Assembly: GCF_001194135.2 (NCBI RefSeq)
Contig: NC_068988.1
Span: 38,265,172 to 38,320,356, forward strand
From: Octopus bimaculoides
Lineage: Eukaryota
Direction: 5' to 3'
DNA: 55,185 bases
Under the pieces are notes generated by a model. It did no database searches, had not been told where the DNA came from, and was given only the letters and a program-made list of their open reading frames with translations. Below, one piece after another: positions 26,076 through 38,436 of this stretch. Every line of letters begins with the position of its first letter. Position 1 is the first letter of the stretch. The position numbers and the translations under genes are program-made.

Positions 26076-26235
26076 CTTTACCATCTGTTTGTGAGGCCTT
26101 ATATATCTAGGACTACATTATCCAATCTGTTACTCCAGTTTTAAGATTGTGGTGTGTGATTAACTTTACTGTTAGTGGCTGCATAGATATTCCCTCACCA
26201 GTTTCTTACGAAACAGTTTTTAAAATTATTTTTGA

Positions 26236-26537
26236 TGACCAAGACCTTTTGGCAATATGCCATGCTTGAGAAGAAGACCCATCAAGCCAAGTCAAATCAT
26301 AATTATGGCAGATACTCGTGAAATGTAAGGGGCACCCATGCCAGTGGCTTGTAAAACACCCGTTACACTCTCAGAGTGGTTGGCATTAGGAAGGGCATTC
26401 AGCCGTAGAAACCATGCCAAATCAGACTGGAGTCTGGTGCAACCCTTCAGCTTACCAGCCCCGGTCAAACTGTCCAACCCATGCCAGCATAGACAATGGA
26501 CATTAAATGATGATGATGATGATAATGATGATGATGA
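26236..26537 (+). mobile_element. RTE 3' end
   Basis: End of ORF (gagaagaagacccatcaagccaag), ggcattaggaagggcattcagccgtagaaa, (GAT)n. Confidence 0.85.
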
Positions 26538-26659
26538 ATGCAGAATCTTGGCTTAACTTAGCCACTGTGTTCTTCTCATATTAAGACAGCGGACATGACT
26601 TTTAGGGGGACTTAACTGCTAGTGACAGCATAGTTGCTTCCTTATTGATTTACCTCTAT

Positions 26660-27046
26660 ATTCTTTCTTCTACTTATTTCTATCATTAGATTATGACCAT
26701 GTTGGAGCATCACCTTGAAGGGTTTTAGTCCAACAACTTAAACCAAGAACTTATTTTGTTTTTAAATGCCTACTACTTATTCTATCACCCTCGTTTTGTT
26801 GAACTGCTAGATTATGAGGATGTAAACAAACCAACTCCAGTTGTCAAGCAGTGATGGAGGACAAATACAAAGACACACACAAATATGATGGGCTTCTTTC
26901 AGTTTCCATCTACCAAATCCACTCACAAGGCTTTTGTTGGTCCAAGTCTGTAGCAAAAAGTCGCTTGCCTGAGGTGCCACTTAGTGGAGCTGAACCTGGA
27001 ACCTTGTGGTTGAAAAGCAAACTTCTTACCACACAACCACACCTGT
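26660..27046 (-). mobile_element. SINE family A, full length
   Basis: Aligns with other A copies. Confidence 0.85.
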
Positions 27047-27239
27047 GCATTCATTTTTTTTATAAGACAGTAGTGTGTGATTTGAGGAAGATGGAAGATT
27101 TAGCTGCTATATCTAGCAGGACTAATGCCAGTAAAGAGGCTTTCCTTTCATTGGTCCATCAAAGTAAGTTTAGTTGAGTGAGGTCATTTCTGTTTTCTAT
27201 TTTCATATCTTTAATTTATAGATTGGGTCTGAAAATAAT

Positions 27240-27722
27240 TGCCCTTTCTCCCTTTCCTCACCCTCCTCTTCCTCATCCTCACCTTCCTCATCCTCACCTT
27301 CCTCATCCTCCTTTTCCTCATCCTCCTCTTCCACATCTTCCTTTTCCTCATCCTCCTCTTCCTCATCTTCCTCTCTTTTTCTGTCTCAAAAAAAAGAAAA
27401 ATAGAAGGAAAGAATAAAGGGAAAGAAGAAAGAAAGAAAAAAAAAGAAAGGAAGAAAGAAAGAAAGAAAAGAAGGAAGGAAGAAAGAAAAAAGCAAAGGA
27501 GGAAAAACAAAAAGCAAAGAAAGAAAAAAGAAGGAAGAAAGAAAGGAAGGAAGAAGGAAAGAGAAAACTAAGAAAAGATGAAAGGAAGAAAAGAAGGAAA
27601 GGAGAAAGAAAGAAATGTGTAAATGAATAAATAAATGAATGAATAGAAGGAGAAAGAAAGAAAGAAATATATAAATATATAAATCTATAAATAAGCAAAA
27701 GAGAAGAAAGAGAAGGAAAAAT
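27240..27722. repeat. 15-bp CT-rich minisatellite followed by a (GAAA)n-like purine tract
   Basis: ttcctcatcctcctc units, then A/G-only runs. Confidence 0.9.
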
Positions 27723-28269
27723 CAATTGAAGTCATTCTAAAATTAAGGACATTGAAATGTGTTTCAAGAATGCATTCCTTCATATATTCATGTTATTATT
27801 TGTTTACATATTTATTTATTTATGTTTGTTTGCTTGATTGTTTGTTTGTTTTATTTATTGGTTGGTTGTTAGGAATGATTCATGGGTAAGTTTTTATAGA
27901 TTTCTTTTCTTTGTTGTTGTTGTTGTTGTTTAGTGATACTAACTGCTATAGAGTGTTCTGGGTTCTGGTAACCAGCCAGATTGAGACAAAAAAAAAAAAA
28001 CGACAAACCAAAAGATAACAAAAAAAATGGAAAGAATAACAGAAAAAGGAATTGGAATCACCAGAATCACCAATGTCGTTGTTAGGAGACTTTATGTCAG
28101 ATTTATTTATTTATTTGGCTTTTGTTTTTTTTGCTTGTACTTTTGTTTTTGTTTCCTGTGAAATGTATTGGCTTGGCAAATTTGCATCACAGTAGCAGGC
28201 CCCTTTTATACATCTCATAACTTCAAAATCCCTACCACAACCAATTCCATACTCTCTGTCACCAATACA

Positions 28270-28303
<34 letters not shown>

Positions 28304-28558
28304 AATGAGGAAAGTATCTATGCTATCACTTGGCTTGCAAGAAATAGCAGTTAAATCTCCTTCAAATTATTTCCACTGTCTTACTATGAGAAGGACACTT
28401 TGGATAAGTTAGTCCTAGATTCGACGTAAAAGAGACTGAATGGTAAATGCAGGTGTGGTTGGGTGATAAAAAAAACTTGCTTCCCAACCACATGGTTCTT
28501 GGGCCAACCAAAAAGCCTTGTGAAGGGATTTGATTGAAGGAAACTGAAAGAAGCCTAT

Positions 28559-28589
<31 letters not shown>

Positions 28590-28618
28590 ATATATGTATA
28601 TATATATATATATATATT

Positions 28619-28687
28619 GTTGTACTTGGGGATGGTCATATTGCCAGTTTAGCCAATAAAAACACACGCACTGTATATTTGGTGTTA
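28619..28687 (-). mobile_element. PLE pLTR-like 3' terminus abutting (TA)n, truncated by a gap
   Basis: tgttgtacttggggatggtcat resembles the reverse complement of the 18258 PLE end (tgttgtgtctggggagagtcat). Confidence 0.55.
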
Positions 28688-29085
28688 NNNNNNNNNNNNN
28701 NNNNNNNNNNNNNNNNNNNNNNNNNNNNNNNNNNNNNNNNNNNNNNNNNNNNNNNNNNNNNNNNNNNNNNNNNNNNNNNNNNNNNNNNNNNNNNNNNNNN
28801 NNNNNNNNNNNNNNNNNNNNNNNNNNNNNNNNNNNNNNNNNNNNNNNNNNNNNNNNNNNNNNNNNNNNNNNNNNNNNNNNNNNNNNNNNNNNNNNNNNNN
28901 NNNNNNNNNNNNNNNNNNNNNNNNNNNNNNNNNNNNNNNNNNNNNNNNNNNNNNNNNNNNNNNNNNNNNNNNNNNNNNNNNNNNNNNNNNNNNNNNNNNN
29001 NNNNNNNNNNNNNNNNNNNNNNNNNNNNNNNNNNNNNNNNNNNNNNNNNNNNNNNNNNNNNNNNNNNNNNNNNNNNNNNNNNNNN

Positions 29086-29124
<39 letters not shown>

Positions 29125-29128
<4 letters not shown>

Positions 29129-29785
29129 TTATCATCATCATCATCATCATTTAATATGTCTGCGTTCCATGCTGGCATGGGTTAAACAGCTTGACTGGAA
29201 CTGGTAAGCTGGAGAGCTACATTAGGTTCCAGTCTGAATTTGGTTTGGTTTCTATGGCTGGATGTCCTTCCTAACACCAACCACTCTAAGAGTGTAGTGG
29301 GTACCTTTTATGTGTCACCGGCATGGGTACATTTCTATGTTACCAACATGGATGCTATAACATGTCACTGGCTCCAGCCAGTTGGCTTCACAAGTCATCT
29401 CAAGCACAGCAAATTGCCAAAGGTCTCAATCCCTTGTCATCACCTCTGTGTGGCCCTACATTCAGAGATCATGCTTCTCTACTTCATTCCATGTCTCCCT
29501 GGGTCTACCTCTTCTACAGGTTCCCTCCACAGTTAGAGATCAGCACTTCTTTACACAGCTGTCCTCGTCCATACACATCACATGACCATGCCAGCACAAT
29601 CATCTCTCTTGTACACAAAATCTAATGCCTCTTATGCTCAGCTTTTCTCTCAAGACTGTTACACTGCCGTACATGCACACTGACATTGCACATCTAGCAG
29701 AGCATACTAGATTTCTTTTCTTTCAAGCCTTCACAGGTCCTCTGCTGTCACAGCCAATGTTTCACTGCCATGTAGCATGGCTGTA
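29125..29785 (-). mobile_element. RTE LINE 3' fragment (second subfamily), lying between the halves of a SINE A (28452-28560 / 29786-30030)
   Basis: TAMLHGSETLAV...; C-terminal RTE coding remnant; short 3' UTR and (GAT)n. Confidence 0.85.
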
Positions 29786-29804
29786 TATGTTTGTGTGTGT
29801 TTGT

Positions 29805-29860
<56 letters not shown>

Positions 29861-30314
29861 GTATATTGGTCCCCACCACTACCAGACAGCTGGTATTGGT
29901 GTGTTTCTGTCTCTATAACTTAGTAGTTTGCCAAAAGAAAATGATAGAATATATACCAGGCTTAAAGCAAAATAAGTACTAGGGTTGCTTTGTTTGACTG
30001 GAATTCTTCAAGGTAGTGCCTCTACATGGCCTTTTGATCTGTTGGAAATAGCAGTCAAATCACACCTTTTTGTCCTAAAAATTGGACACACTGGTGAATG
30101 TGATCCTGGATACTCAGTATATGAAAATAACAAGAAATTGGATGGTCATGGCTGGAATAAGGGTGATGACAACAATGCCTATGATGATTATGATGATTAT
30201 AATAATGATTATAATGATGATTTTAATGATCATAATAATTATCATAATTATCACCATCACAGAGCTAAACAACAACAGCAGTCATCATTATCACCCAACA
30301 AGTACACTACCTAA

Positions 30315-30535
30315 TATATTTGTTTCAAATTTTAGCCCAAGGCCAACAGTTTAGGGTAAAGGACTAAAGTCAATTACATCAACCCCAATGTTCAACTGGT
30401 ACATATTTTATTGATCTCAAAAAGATGAAAGGCAAAGTCAATCTCAGTGACATTTGAACTCAGAACGTAAAGACAAATGGAATGCCACTAAGTATTTTTT
30501 CCGATGCAGTAAAGATTTTGCCAGCTTGATGCCTT
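30315..30535 (-). mobile_element. SINE family B
   Basis: Reverse-complement head, B-box and central block. Confidence 0.8.
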
Positions 30536-30695
30536 ATGAATATTGAAATATTGGTTTAAAATTTGGGCACAAGACCAACAATTTCAGGGAAAGGTCTGAC
30601 TTATAATAAAATAATAATAATAATAATAATAATAATGCTTTCAAATTTTGCCACAAGGACAGCAATTTTGAGGGAGGGGATGTTCAACTGGTATT

Positions 30696-30760
<65 letters not shown>

Positions 30761-30762
<2 letters not shown>

Positions 30763-30990
30763 CATAGGAGCTATATCTGGATCCTCAACACTACACACTG
30801 TCCAAAAAATAGCCCTGCTAGAAACTGCTGACATCCTATGCAAGACACTATCAATCCAATAGTACAACCTAAACAAAATAACCCACAAATGCAAAACACA
30901 CTCTATACAGCATTTACCCAGTGAAATAAAACTTCCACCAGTAACCTTGCAAACCAAAGCATTACACACATATTACAAAACATAAAGACA
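30761..30990 (+). mobile_element. R4/Dong-like RLE LINE 3' end, preceded by (AAT)n
   Basis: 30773-30862 reads ISGSSTLHTVQKIALLETADILCKTLSIQ*, matching the QK..LLGTA.ILRK.L C-terminus of R4-clade elements. Confidence 0.7.
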
Positions 30991-32419
30991 GAGACGAAAC
31001 GCTAACGGTTCTGCCAGCTCTTTGCCTTTACATCACCTAATATTACTATCTCGTAATACCACCATCACATATACTAACAAGGCTGCTTCTATGCAGTCAT
31101 TCAGTTTGCTAGAAATAGCAGCTGAATTTCCTTTAAATGACACCTTGCCATCTTAAAAAAATGAGATGGGTAAATTGGATAATGTAGTTCTAAACATAGA
31201 TTATTCTTGAGAAGTTGATGAGGTGGTCATACATGGAACATTTTTCATAATATGAGTCTACTAAATCAGGGCTGAATGAACAACAACAACAACAACTATA
31301 GCAACAGCAGCAACTATGACGACGATGCCTAACATGGCAACCACCAATAACTCTACCACCACCACCACCACCACTATTACAATCACAACTGCCACAAACA
31401 AGAACAACAACAACAACATCAACAACACTTACACCCAACAAGTGCTCCACTATCACCATCACCATCACCACCACCACCACTACCACTACAATCACATAAC
31501 ATTGCTGATTTCTGAAGTCTTGAACCATTCAGCATGCCATAGATTAGTTTGTGCTGTTAACTTCCCCCTCGTCCTGCACCTCCTCATCATCATCACCACC
31601 ACCACAACCAATACCATCATCATCATCATTACTGCCTCTTTCTCTTCCTACCCCTCTCTTTGTTACTCTGCATCAGAGTTCCCTCCCTCTCATATATTAT
31701 TCTCCTCCAATTTGCCCCAAATTTTCCTCTCTATCTCTCTGTCTCTCTTTCTTTCTCAATCTCTCTCTTCAATTTCCTTCTCCTATCACTTTCTCCCCTT
31801 CATTCCCCCCTCCCCATCATATTATTCCCCTCCCTATCTACTCTTCCCTCTTCCCTCTACCCACCATACAATAAGATGCTGGAATATTAATTTCCATTGC
31901 AATTATAGCTGAAAGAAGTAAAAAAAGAAAGCAAATTATCCATCATTGTCTGTTCGTCTGTCTCCCAATTTATCTCTGTGTGCTTGCCTATCTATCTACC
32001 TATCTATCTATCTATCTATCTATATATATATATATNNNNNNNNNNNNNNNNNNNNNNNNNNNNNNNNNNNNNNNNNNNNNNNNNNNNNNNNNNNNNNNNN
32101 NNNNNNNNNNNNNNNNNNNNNNNNNNNNNNNNNNNNNNNNNNNNNNNNNNNNNNNNNNNNNNNNNNNNNNNNNNNNNNNNNNNNNNNNNNNNNNNNNNNN
32201 NNNNNNNNNNNNNNNNNNNNNNNNNNNNNNNNNNNNNNNNNNNNNNNNNNNNNNNNNNNNNNNNNNNNNNNNNNNNNNNNNNNNNNNNNNNNNNNNNNNN
32301 NNNNNNNNNNNNNNNNNNNNNNNTTCCTTTCATCCATATCCCTTTCTTCCCCCGCCCTTCTTACCCTCCCACCTCATAACTTCTTCCCTCAATGGAGATT
32401 AATGTAGTGATAAAATTAG

Positions 32420-32471
<52 letters not shown>

Positions 32472-32684
32472 TAAACCCAATCCATCTCTGATCCAAACAG
32501 ACCTATGATCAAAAGCAGTCCAACCGTGCCCATCATACTATTTCGAGGGATATTTCTAAGACTTATTTTCTATTTTTAAACTTAAAATTTGTATTCATTA
32601 CGTTTTCCTTTTTATCTCTGTCCAGCAAAGTACTGACTCACAAACCATTATTTGGGACCAATGCCAAATCAATTCACTAATCAC

Positions 32685-33085
32685 ATAATGGCTGTGTGGT
32701 AAGAAGTTTGCTTTCAAACTACATGATTCTGGGATTCTTCGGCAAGTGTTTGCTACTGTAGCATTGGGCTAACCAAAACATTGTGAGTGAATTTGGTAGG
32801 CAGAAAATGAAAGAAACTAAAGCGGCGAGTTGGCAGAATCGTTAGCACATAGGACAAAATGCTTAGTAGTATTTCGTCTGACTTTACGTTCTGAGTTCAA
32901 ATTCCGCCGAGGTCGACTTTGCCTTTCATCCTTTCAGGGTCAATAAATTAAGTACCAGTTACGCACTGGGGTCGATGTAATCAACTTAATCCCTTTGTCT
33001 GTCCTTGTTTGTCCCCTCTATGTTTAGCCCCTTGTGGGCAATAAAGACATAAGAAACTGAAAGAAGCCCATCGTATATATACATG
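32685..33085 (+). mobile_element. SINE A head with a nested full SINE B (about 32820-33053)
   Basis: A sequence resumes after B; gaaa(a/c)tgaaagaa duplicated on both sides. Confidence 0.85.
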
Positions 33086-33520
33086 CTAATATATGTGTGT
33101 GTGTTTGTGTGTGTGTGTGTACGTGTGTGTGTGTAAGCCATCTAAAAGTCCATGTCAGGAATATATGCACTTGTATATCTGTCAGTAGAGTAGGTATATT
33201 AATCAAAGGGCACAGTATTATATAGCCATTACAGCTCATCTTACCAATCAGTTTCGCACCAAGGGTTCAGCAGAGTGTTAGGTAACAGTCTGATTATGTA
33301 ACCCTGCGCCGTTATGGAATGAAATATGGCGACTGCCCTCTATTGTAGGAGGTGAACAGACATATCAGATTTGTGGTTGCTGTGAATAGAGATGATGAAA
33401 CGAATTGAGCAGGGGATTAAGTTAAGAGTTATGTCTCTTGGTTTCAAAAACATCAACTCTGGGGGTGGGATGCAGGGGTCAAACCTATATGCAAGGACAA
33501 CCATGCTTTTACTTAGCTTG

Positions 33521-33556
<36 letters not shown>

Positions 33557-34169
33557 ATGTGTGTCTGTGCGTGTGTGTGTGTGCGTGCATGTGTGTGTGT
33601 GTGTGCGCGTCTGTGTGTGTGTATGTTTGTGTTTGGGTTTGTCTTCTGTGACTGCTTGTCAACTAGGATCTGTTGATATCTCTGTAACTTAGCAGTTCAC
33701 CAATTGGGTCGATAGACTAGGTACAAGCTTGGAAATATATATGTAAGTACTGAGCTCAATTCGTTTGCCAAAATACCGTTCAAGGCAGTGCCCCAGCATG
33801 GTTGCAGTCCAGTGACTGAAACAAGTGAACGATGAAAGATATTGCAGAGGCCACATTGCAATCCATAAATTCAACTATCTACTCCTCCTCCACCCCACGT
33901 TAAGGGTGCTGTTAGAGTTGGTAGAAGGAGGAGAAAGCATTGGAGGAAGAGGAAGAATAGTGGAATAGAGCAGTAAGGAAAATACGGCATTGGGAGTGAT
34001 TCTGAGACAGATTTGGCTATGGTTGTGTAGTAAGAAGCTTGCTTCCCAACAACATGGGTTCTGGGTTCAGTACCACTGCATAGCACTTTGGGTGAGTGTC
34101 TTCTACTATAGTGTCTTCTACTAAGCCTTGTGAGTAGATTTGGTAGAGAGAAACTGAAAGAAGCCTGTT

Positions 34170-34209
<40 letters not shown>

Positions 34210-34219
34210 GTATATATAT

Positions 34220-34420
34220 TGCAGCATAAAAGGTGTTTATAAGCCATTTAAAAAACACACAAAACCGTTAGATTCACTTCAACATTTAAATTTAATTTGT
34301 GTCAAAATATTTTCGGCATTTTGAAACCACAACCTGTTCACTGACAATATTTCGTGCAACTGTTTTTGTTCCAGCACATGATCTCAGATCAAGTCGCTTG
34401 CTATGCAAGTTTATCTCCGT
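34220..34420 (-). mobile_element. 200-bp PLE pLTR/retrozyme-like insert within (TA)n
   Basis: Flanked by TA repeats on both sides; carries a hammerhead-like fold; 3' architecture parallels 18130-18258. Confidence 0.6.
34300..34346 (-). ncRNA. Variant minimal hammerhead (G3:C8), weak stem II
   Basis: TGTCA-GTGAACA-GGT(13 nt)GCC-GAAA-ATAT-TT-TGACA. Confidence 0.55.
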
Positions 34421-34885
34421 GTATATATATATATATAACATGTCTATATTTATGCGTGTGTGTGAATATGTGTCTGTGTTTTTCCCTACATCACTGTTTG
34501 ATAACTGGTGTTGGTGTGTTTACATCCCTGTAACTTTGTAACTTATCAGAGCAGCAAAAGAGACCGATAGTATAAGTACTAGTCTTAAGAAATAAGTCCT
34601 GGGGTTAATTTGCTCGACTAAAACCCCTCCAGGTGGTGCTCCAGCATGGCCATAGTCAAATGACTGAAACAGGTAAAAGAATATTTCTTGAAAGTCTAGA
34701 TACTTTATTGAAGCCTTCTTGTTACTTCTGCTGCTTTTTGTTTTTATTGTTGTTCTATCCCAAGTTATCCCTGATTGAGCAAACCTATGATCAAAACCAA
34801 ATTCCATCTATGACTGTCTCTTTCTATCCTCATGCACAGAGATCTAGAACTGGATTATCCAATGTGTCAATTTTATCTTTAAGAC

Positions 34886-35003
34886 ATAGGTACAGGTGTG
34901 GCTATGTGGTTAGAAGTTTGCTTCCCAGCCACATGGTTCCGTGTTTTGTCCCACTATGTGGCACCTTGTGAGTGGATTTGATAAATGGAAACTGAAAGAG
35001 ACC

Positions 35004-35065
<62 letters not shown>

Positions 35066-35200
35066 TCTAGCACCGCCACTCAACGACCAGTGTTGGTGTA
35101 CTGATATCCCTGTAACTTAACAGTTCACCAAAAGAGAATGATAGAATAAATTCCAAACTTAAACGAAAGAACAAAAGTACTAGGGTTGATTCATTTGACT
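34886..35200 (+). mobile_element. SINE A nested in a family F element (34750-34885 / 35260-35320)
   Basis: F sequence continues on both sides. Confidence 0.8.
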
Positions 35201-35767
35201 AAAATAATTCAATAATTAAAACCAATAAAAGATAAACAAAAAAAAATAAGATAGGAACCGAGAAAGATTTGGCTGTTATTTCTAGCAGGATGAGTGACTA
35301 CATACAGGCTTCTTCATTGGGTCTAGTAATATATTTTTCCCTAATAGTGGTGGTGGTGGGCATTACAGAAATGGTTATGGTAAGGATTTACGTGATCATG
35401 CTTAGCGATGCCATCCATATCGTTTTTGTTCTTTTTCTTACAATTCTTCTCTCGGGTTGCTATCAACATTTTAATCCTTCTCTCATTAAGTCTCCTTACT
35501 TCAAATGTTGTCCTTGTTGCTGCTGTTGTTGTTCAGTTGTTGTTGTTGCAGTTACTCTCTGCTGCTACTGTTGTTGTTGTTCTTCTACTATCATAGCTGC
35601 CACCACCATCATCATGGTTGGCGCCACCACAACTACTAAGACCACCACTATCACCACATCGACGACGACGACGATGACGACGACCACCACCACTACCAGC
35701 CCTGCTTGAGCAGCTATAAATATTGCAAAGCCAGTGGCCTGTGAAAAAAACTATGGATGAAAATCAT

Positions 35768-35780
35768 AGGTCAAAGGTCA
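35768..35780 (+). promoter_or_regulatory. Perfect nuclear-receptor DR1 motif AGGTCA-A-AGGTCA
   Basis: Exact consensus in sequence I do not recognise as repeat; function unproven. Confidence 0.3.
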
Positions 35781-36084
35781 TGCATCGCATGCCTTGGTAA
35801 TAATTATTATGCTTTAGTGCTTCAGCCTAGATTCTGCTCTAAGAATGCTGCACATTGGCCACTCTGCTATGGCAATGATTGGTCACGATAGCTGTAGTGT
35901 TGCAGCTGAAGAAATGGTGTATACATAGCTAGATGGTTTAGAAGTTTGCTTTCTAACAACTATATGGCTTTGGGTTTGATTGAATGACATAGAATGTTGG
36001 GTAAGAGCTTTTTGTTATAGTTTCAGGTTGCCCAGTGCTTTGTGAGTAAAGTTTGATAAATGGAAGCAATGCAGTAACCTGTCA

Positions 36085-36445
36085 TAGGCTATAGATCATT
36101 TAAAATACTAGAAAATTCTGACAGTGCTTCATCAGATTTTGCCCATATTATAAAGCAATCTTTTAGGCACCATTTCCATGATGATTCGCTGTGTCAGCTA
36201 AAGTCAATATTGAATTTGATTTCTACTTCCTCGTACAGCTTCTGTTTAAAAAACTCCACACCCAAGGTTGCATAAAAAGGTGCAAATTTTGTACCCATGG
36301 TTATTCCATGAGTCTCAACAAAAAAATGTGTAATTGAAACCGAATATGTTGTGTTCTGGGATAATGGTAGCAGATTCCAAAACAAATTCAAGTGAAACTT
36401 TGTCAGCAATTGTTTACAGCGGCAATACCTAAATCATAAGATATG
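36085..36445 (-). pseudogene. Penelope-like RT fragment
   Basis: NIFGFN.TFF/ETHGITMGTKFAPFYATL..., then CLKDCFIIW (YLDDCFIIW-like) and EALSEFSSILNDL. Confidence 0.85.
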
Positions 36446-36759
36446 TTTGTATAAAGGCTAGTTACTTCTGAATTTACAGAGTGTTTATACATGTAGTAGT
36501 TGACAGATGGGGTTTAAAATCAATGTAAACATGATGTAATATGGCATAAAGACACATTGGTTTCAAAATCAACAAAATTATTTTGATGAGTAAAGCATGA
36601 AGGGCAAACAACTATAATTTCAGACTTAGCAAACGTTTTTTATTTTGATGTATTTGGGCTTTTTGTTTCCTCATTGCATCTTGAATTTCCTTTGTCTCAT
36701 CATTCTCTCTCCATGGTCTCAGCATTGAGATGTTTTCTATGTACTCACACTCTTTTTTT

Positions 36760-37050
36760 CCTTCTTGTCTTGATGTGTGTCCTTGTTTTGCACTGGTTGG
36801 AAATGAGCATCACCATCATATAAGTAGTGTTGTGTGTTTCCAGTCTTCCATGGAAACATGTCCAGCCATGGGAAAATATTACTTAACTTGGAAACAGGTG
36901 AGGGTTGGTGACAGGAAAGGCATTTGGTTGCAGGAAATTCATCTCCACAAATTCTGTCTGTCCCATTCAAGCATGGAAAAATTGGACATTAAAAACGGTG
37001 ATGATAGCAATGATAGTGGTAATGATGGAATGATGATGATGATGATGATG
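36760..37050 (+). mobile_element. Family E RTE-tailed short element
   Basis: Aligns with 15620-15850; (GAT)n tail. Confidence 0.65.
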
Positions 37051-37654
37051 ATAAACCATACAAAATGATGATACTTCTCCAAACTCTTCTATGTGTGTAA
37101 ATTGTAAATTTTTAGCGGACCCTATGTTTTAATCCAATAGGCTCAACTATCTCAAAATCTGTCTTTGCTAAAACGTTCTTTTGTGTGAGTTGCACTAAAA
37201 TATCACCTGGCTCTTCCATTGTACAACTATACCAAAATTACGGTATTTTAGCTTAGAGAAATACAGGTAAATAAGCAGTAAATTCTAGATAAGAACTCAA
37301 GAAAATTGCAATAAGTATGATGCACATTGATAAAAATGTAATATAACTATACTGGATTACAGCTAAAAGAATGTCTGGTGTTCTGTCTATAAGGGATTTG
37401 TTTAAGGTCAAAGCTTACCTGTCTATATGCACTTTATAAATAATGAATTACATGAATCTTTTGCAAAAAAAAATAAATGTTTCCAGTCTAGGTTGAATGC
37501 AGATAGACCAAACATTAGATAGATGAGATATATATAGGAAATATATATAGAGACCTCTACATGTCTGTTTCACAAATAAAAGATGTATACACATTCAGAG
37601 ATACAGACATGTGTGTCTATGATACAATATATCTGTATGTGTGTGTGTGTGTGT

Positions 37655-37703
<49 letters not shown>

Positions 37704-37993
37704 TATGATGCTCATTAAGTAATCAACATGGTAGGATCTTCATAAGATCTCATTTCTTAGCCATTTACTTCTGATATGTAAAAGTTGCTTAATTTTTTTC
37801 TTTTTGAGTTGTTAGAAGCTCTCTGTTTTTATTATTTTGTTATTTACTTCTGCGTCACAATGCTTCAGCAAACTGCAATACTCCCCCCCCACACACACAC
37901 ACACAACACACACACAAACTCTTACACACACACAGATATACATATACACACATACCTACACACACACATATACATACACACACACACACTCAT

Positions 37994-38436
37994 ATGCACA
38001 AACATGTAGAATCTTTAGCTAAATTTGAGAAGAAATTCCAGGTATGGAAACAAAACCTGGAATCAAAGGGCCTTAAAGTTAACTTAGCTAAGACAAAAGT
38101 GGTTGTTAGTAAGAAAGAAGATAAAACTCTCTTTCTGTCAGGTAAATGGCCCTGCTCAATATGTAGGAAATGTGTTGGAAGAAATTCCATTCGCTGCACC
38201 AAGTGTAAACTATGGACACATAAGAGGTGCAGTGGAATCACAGGTAGATTAACAGATAAAGTTGTCTTTGTATGTGGCAGATGTGCAGGAACAATAAACA
38301 TTAAGAGCACATGGGACTTAGATTCTCTCAAATGCCCAGGATGCTCTCTTGAGGTTGTAGATAGTTTATTACCTAGGTGACCAAATTAGCAATGGTGGAG
38401 GATGCTCTGAAAGTATTGTTTCTAAAATAAGAAATT
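37994..38436 (+). pseudogene. RTE RT internal fragment with Cys-rich insert
   Basis: LESKGLKVNLAKTKV...KWPCSICRKCVGRNSIRCTKCKLWTHKRCSG...FVCGRC...LEVVDS. Confidence 0.9.

Larger units (their letters stand above)
34012..34680 (+). mobile_element. SINE A interrupted in its central microsatellite by a 200-bp insert
   Basis: Head about 34012-34165, tail about 34460-34680. Confidence 0.85.
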
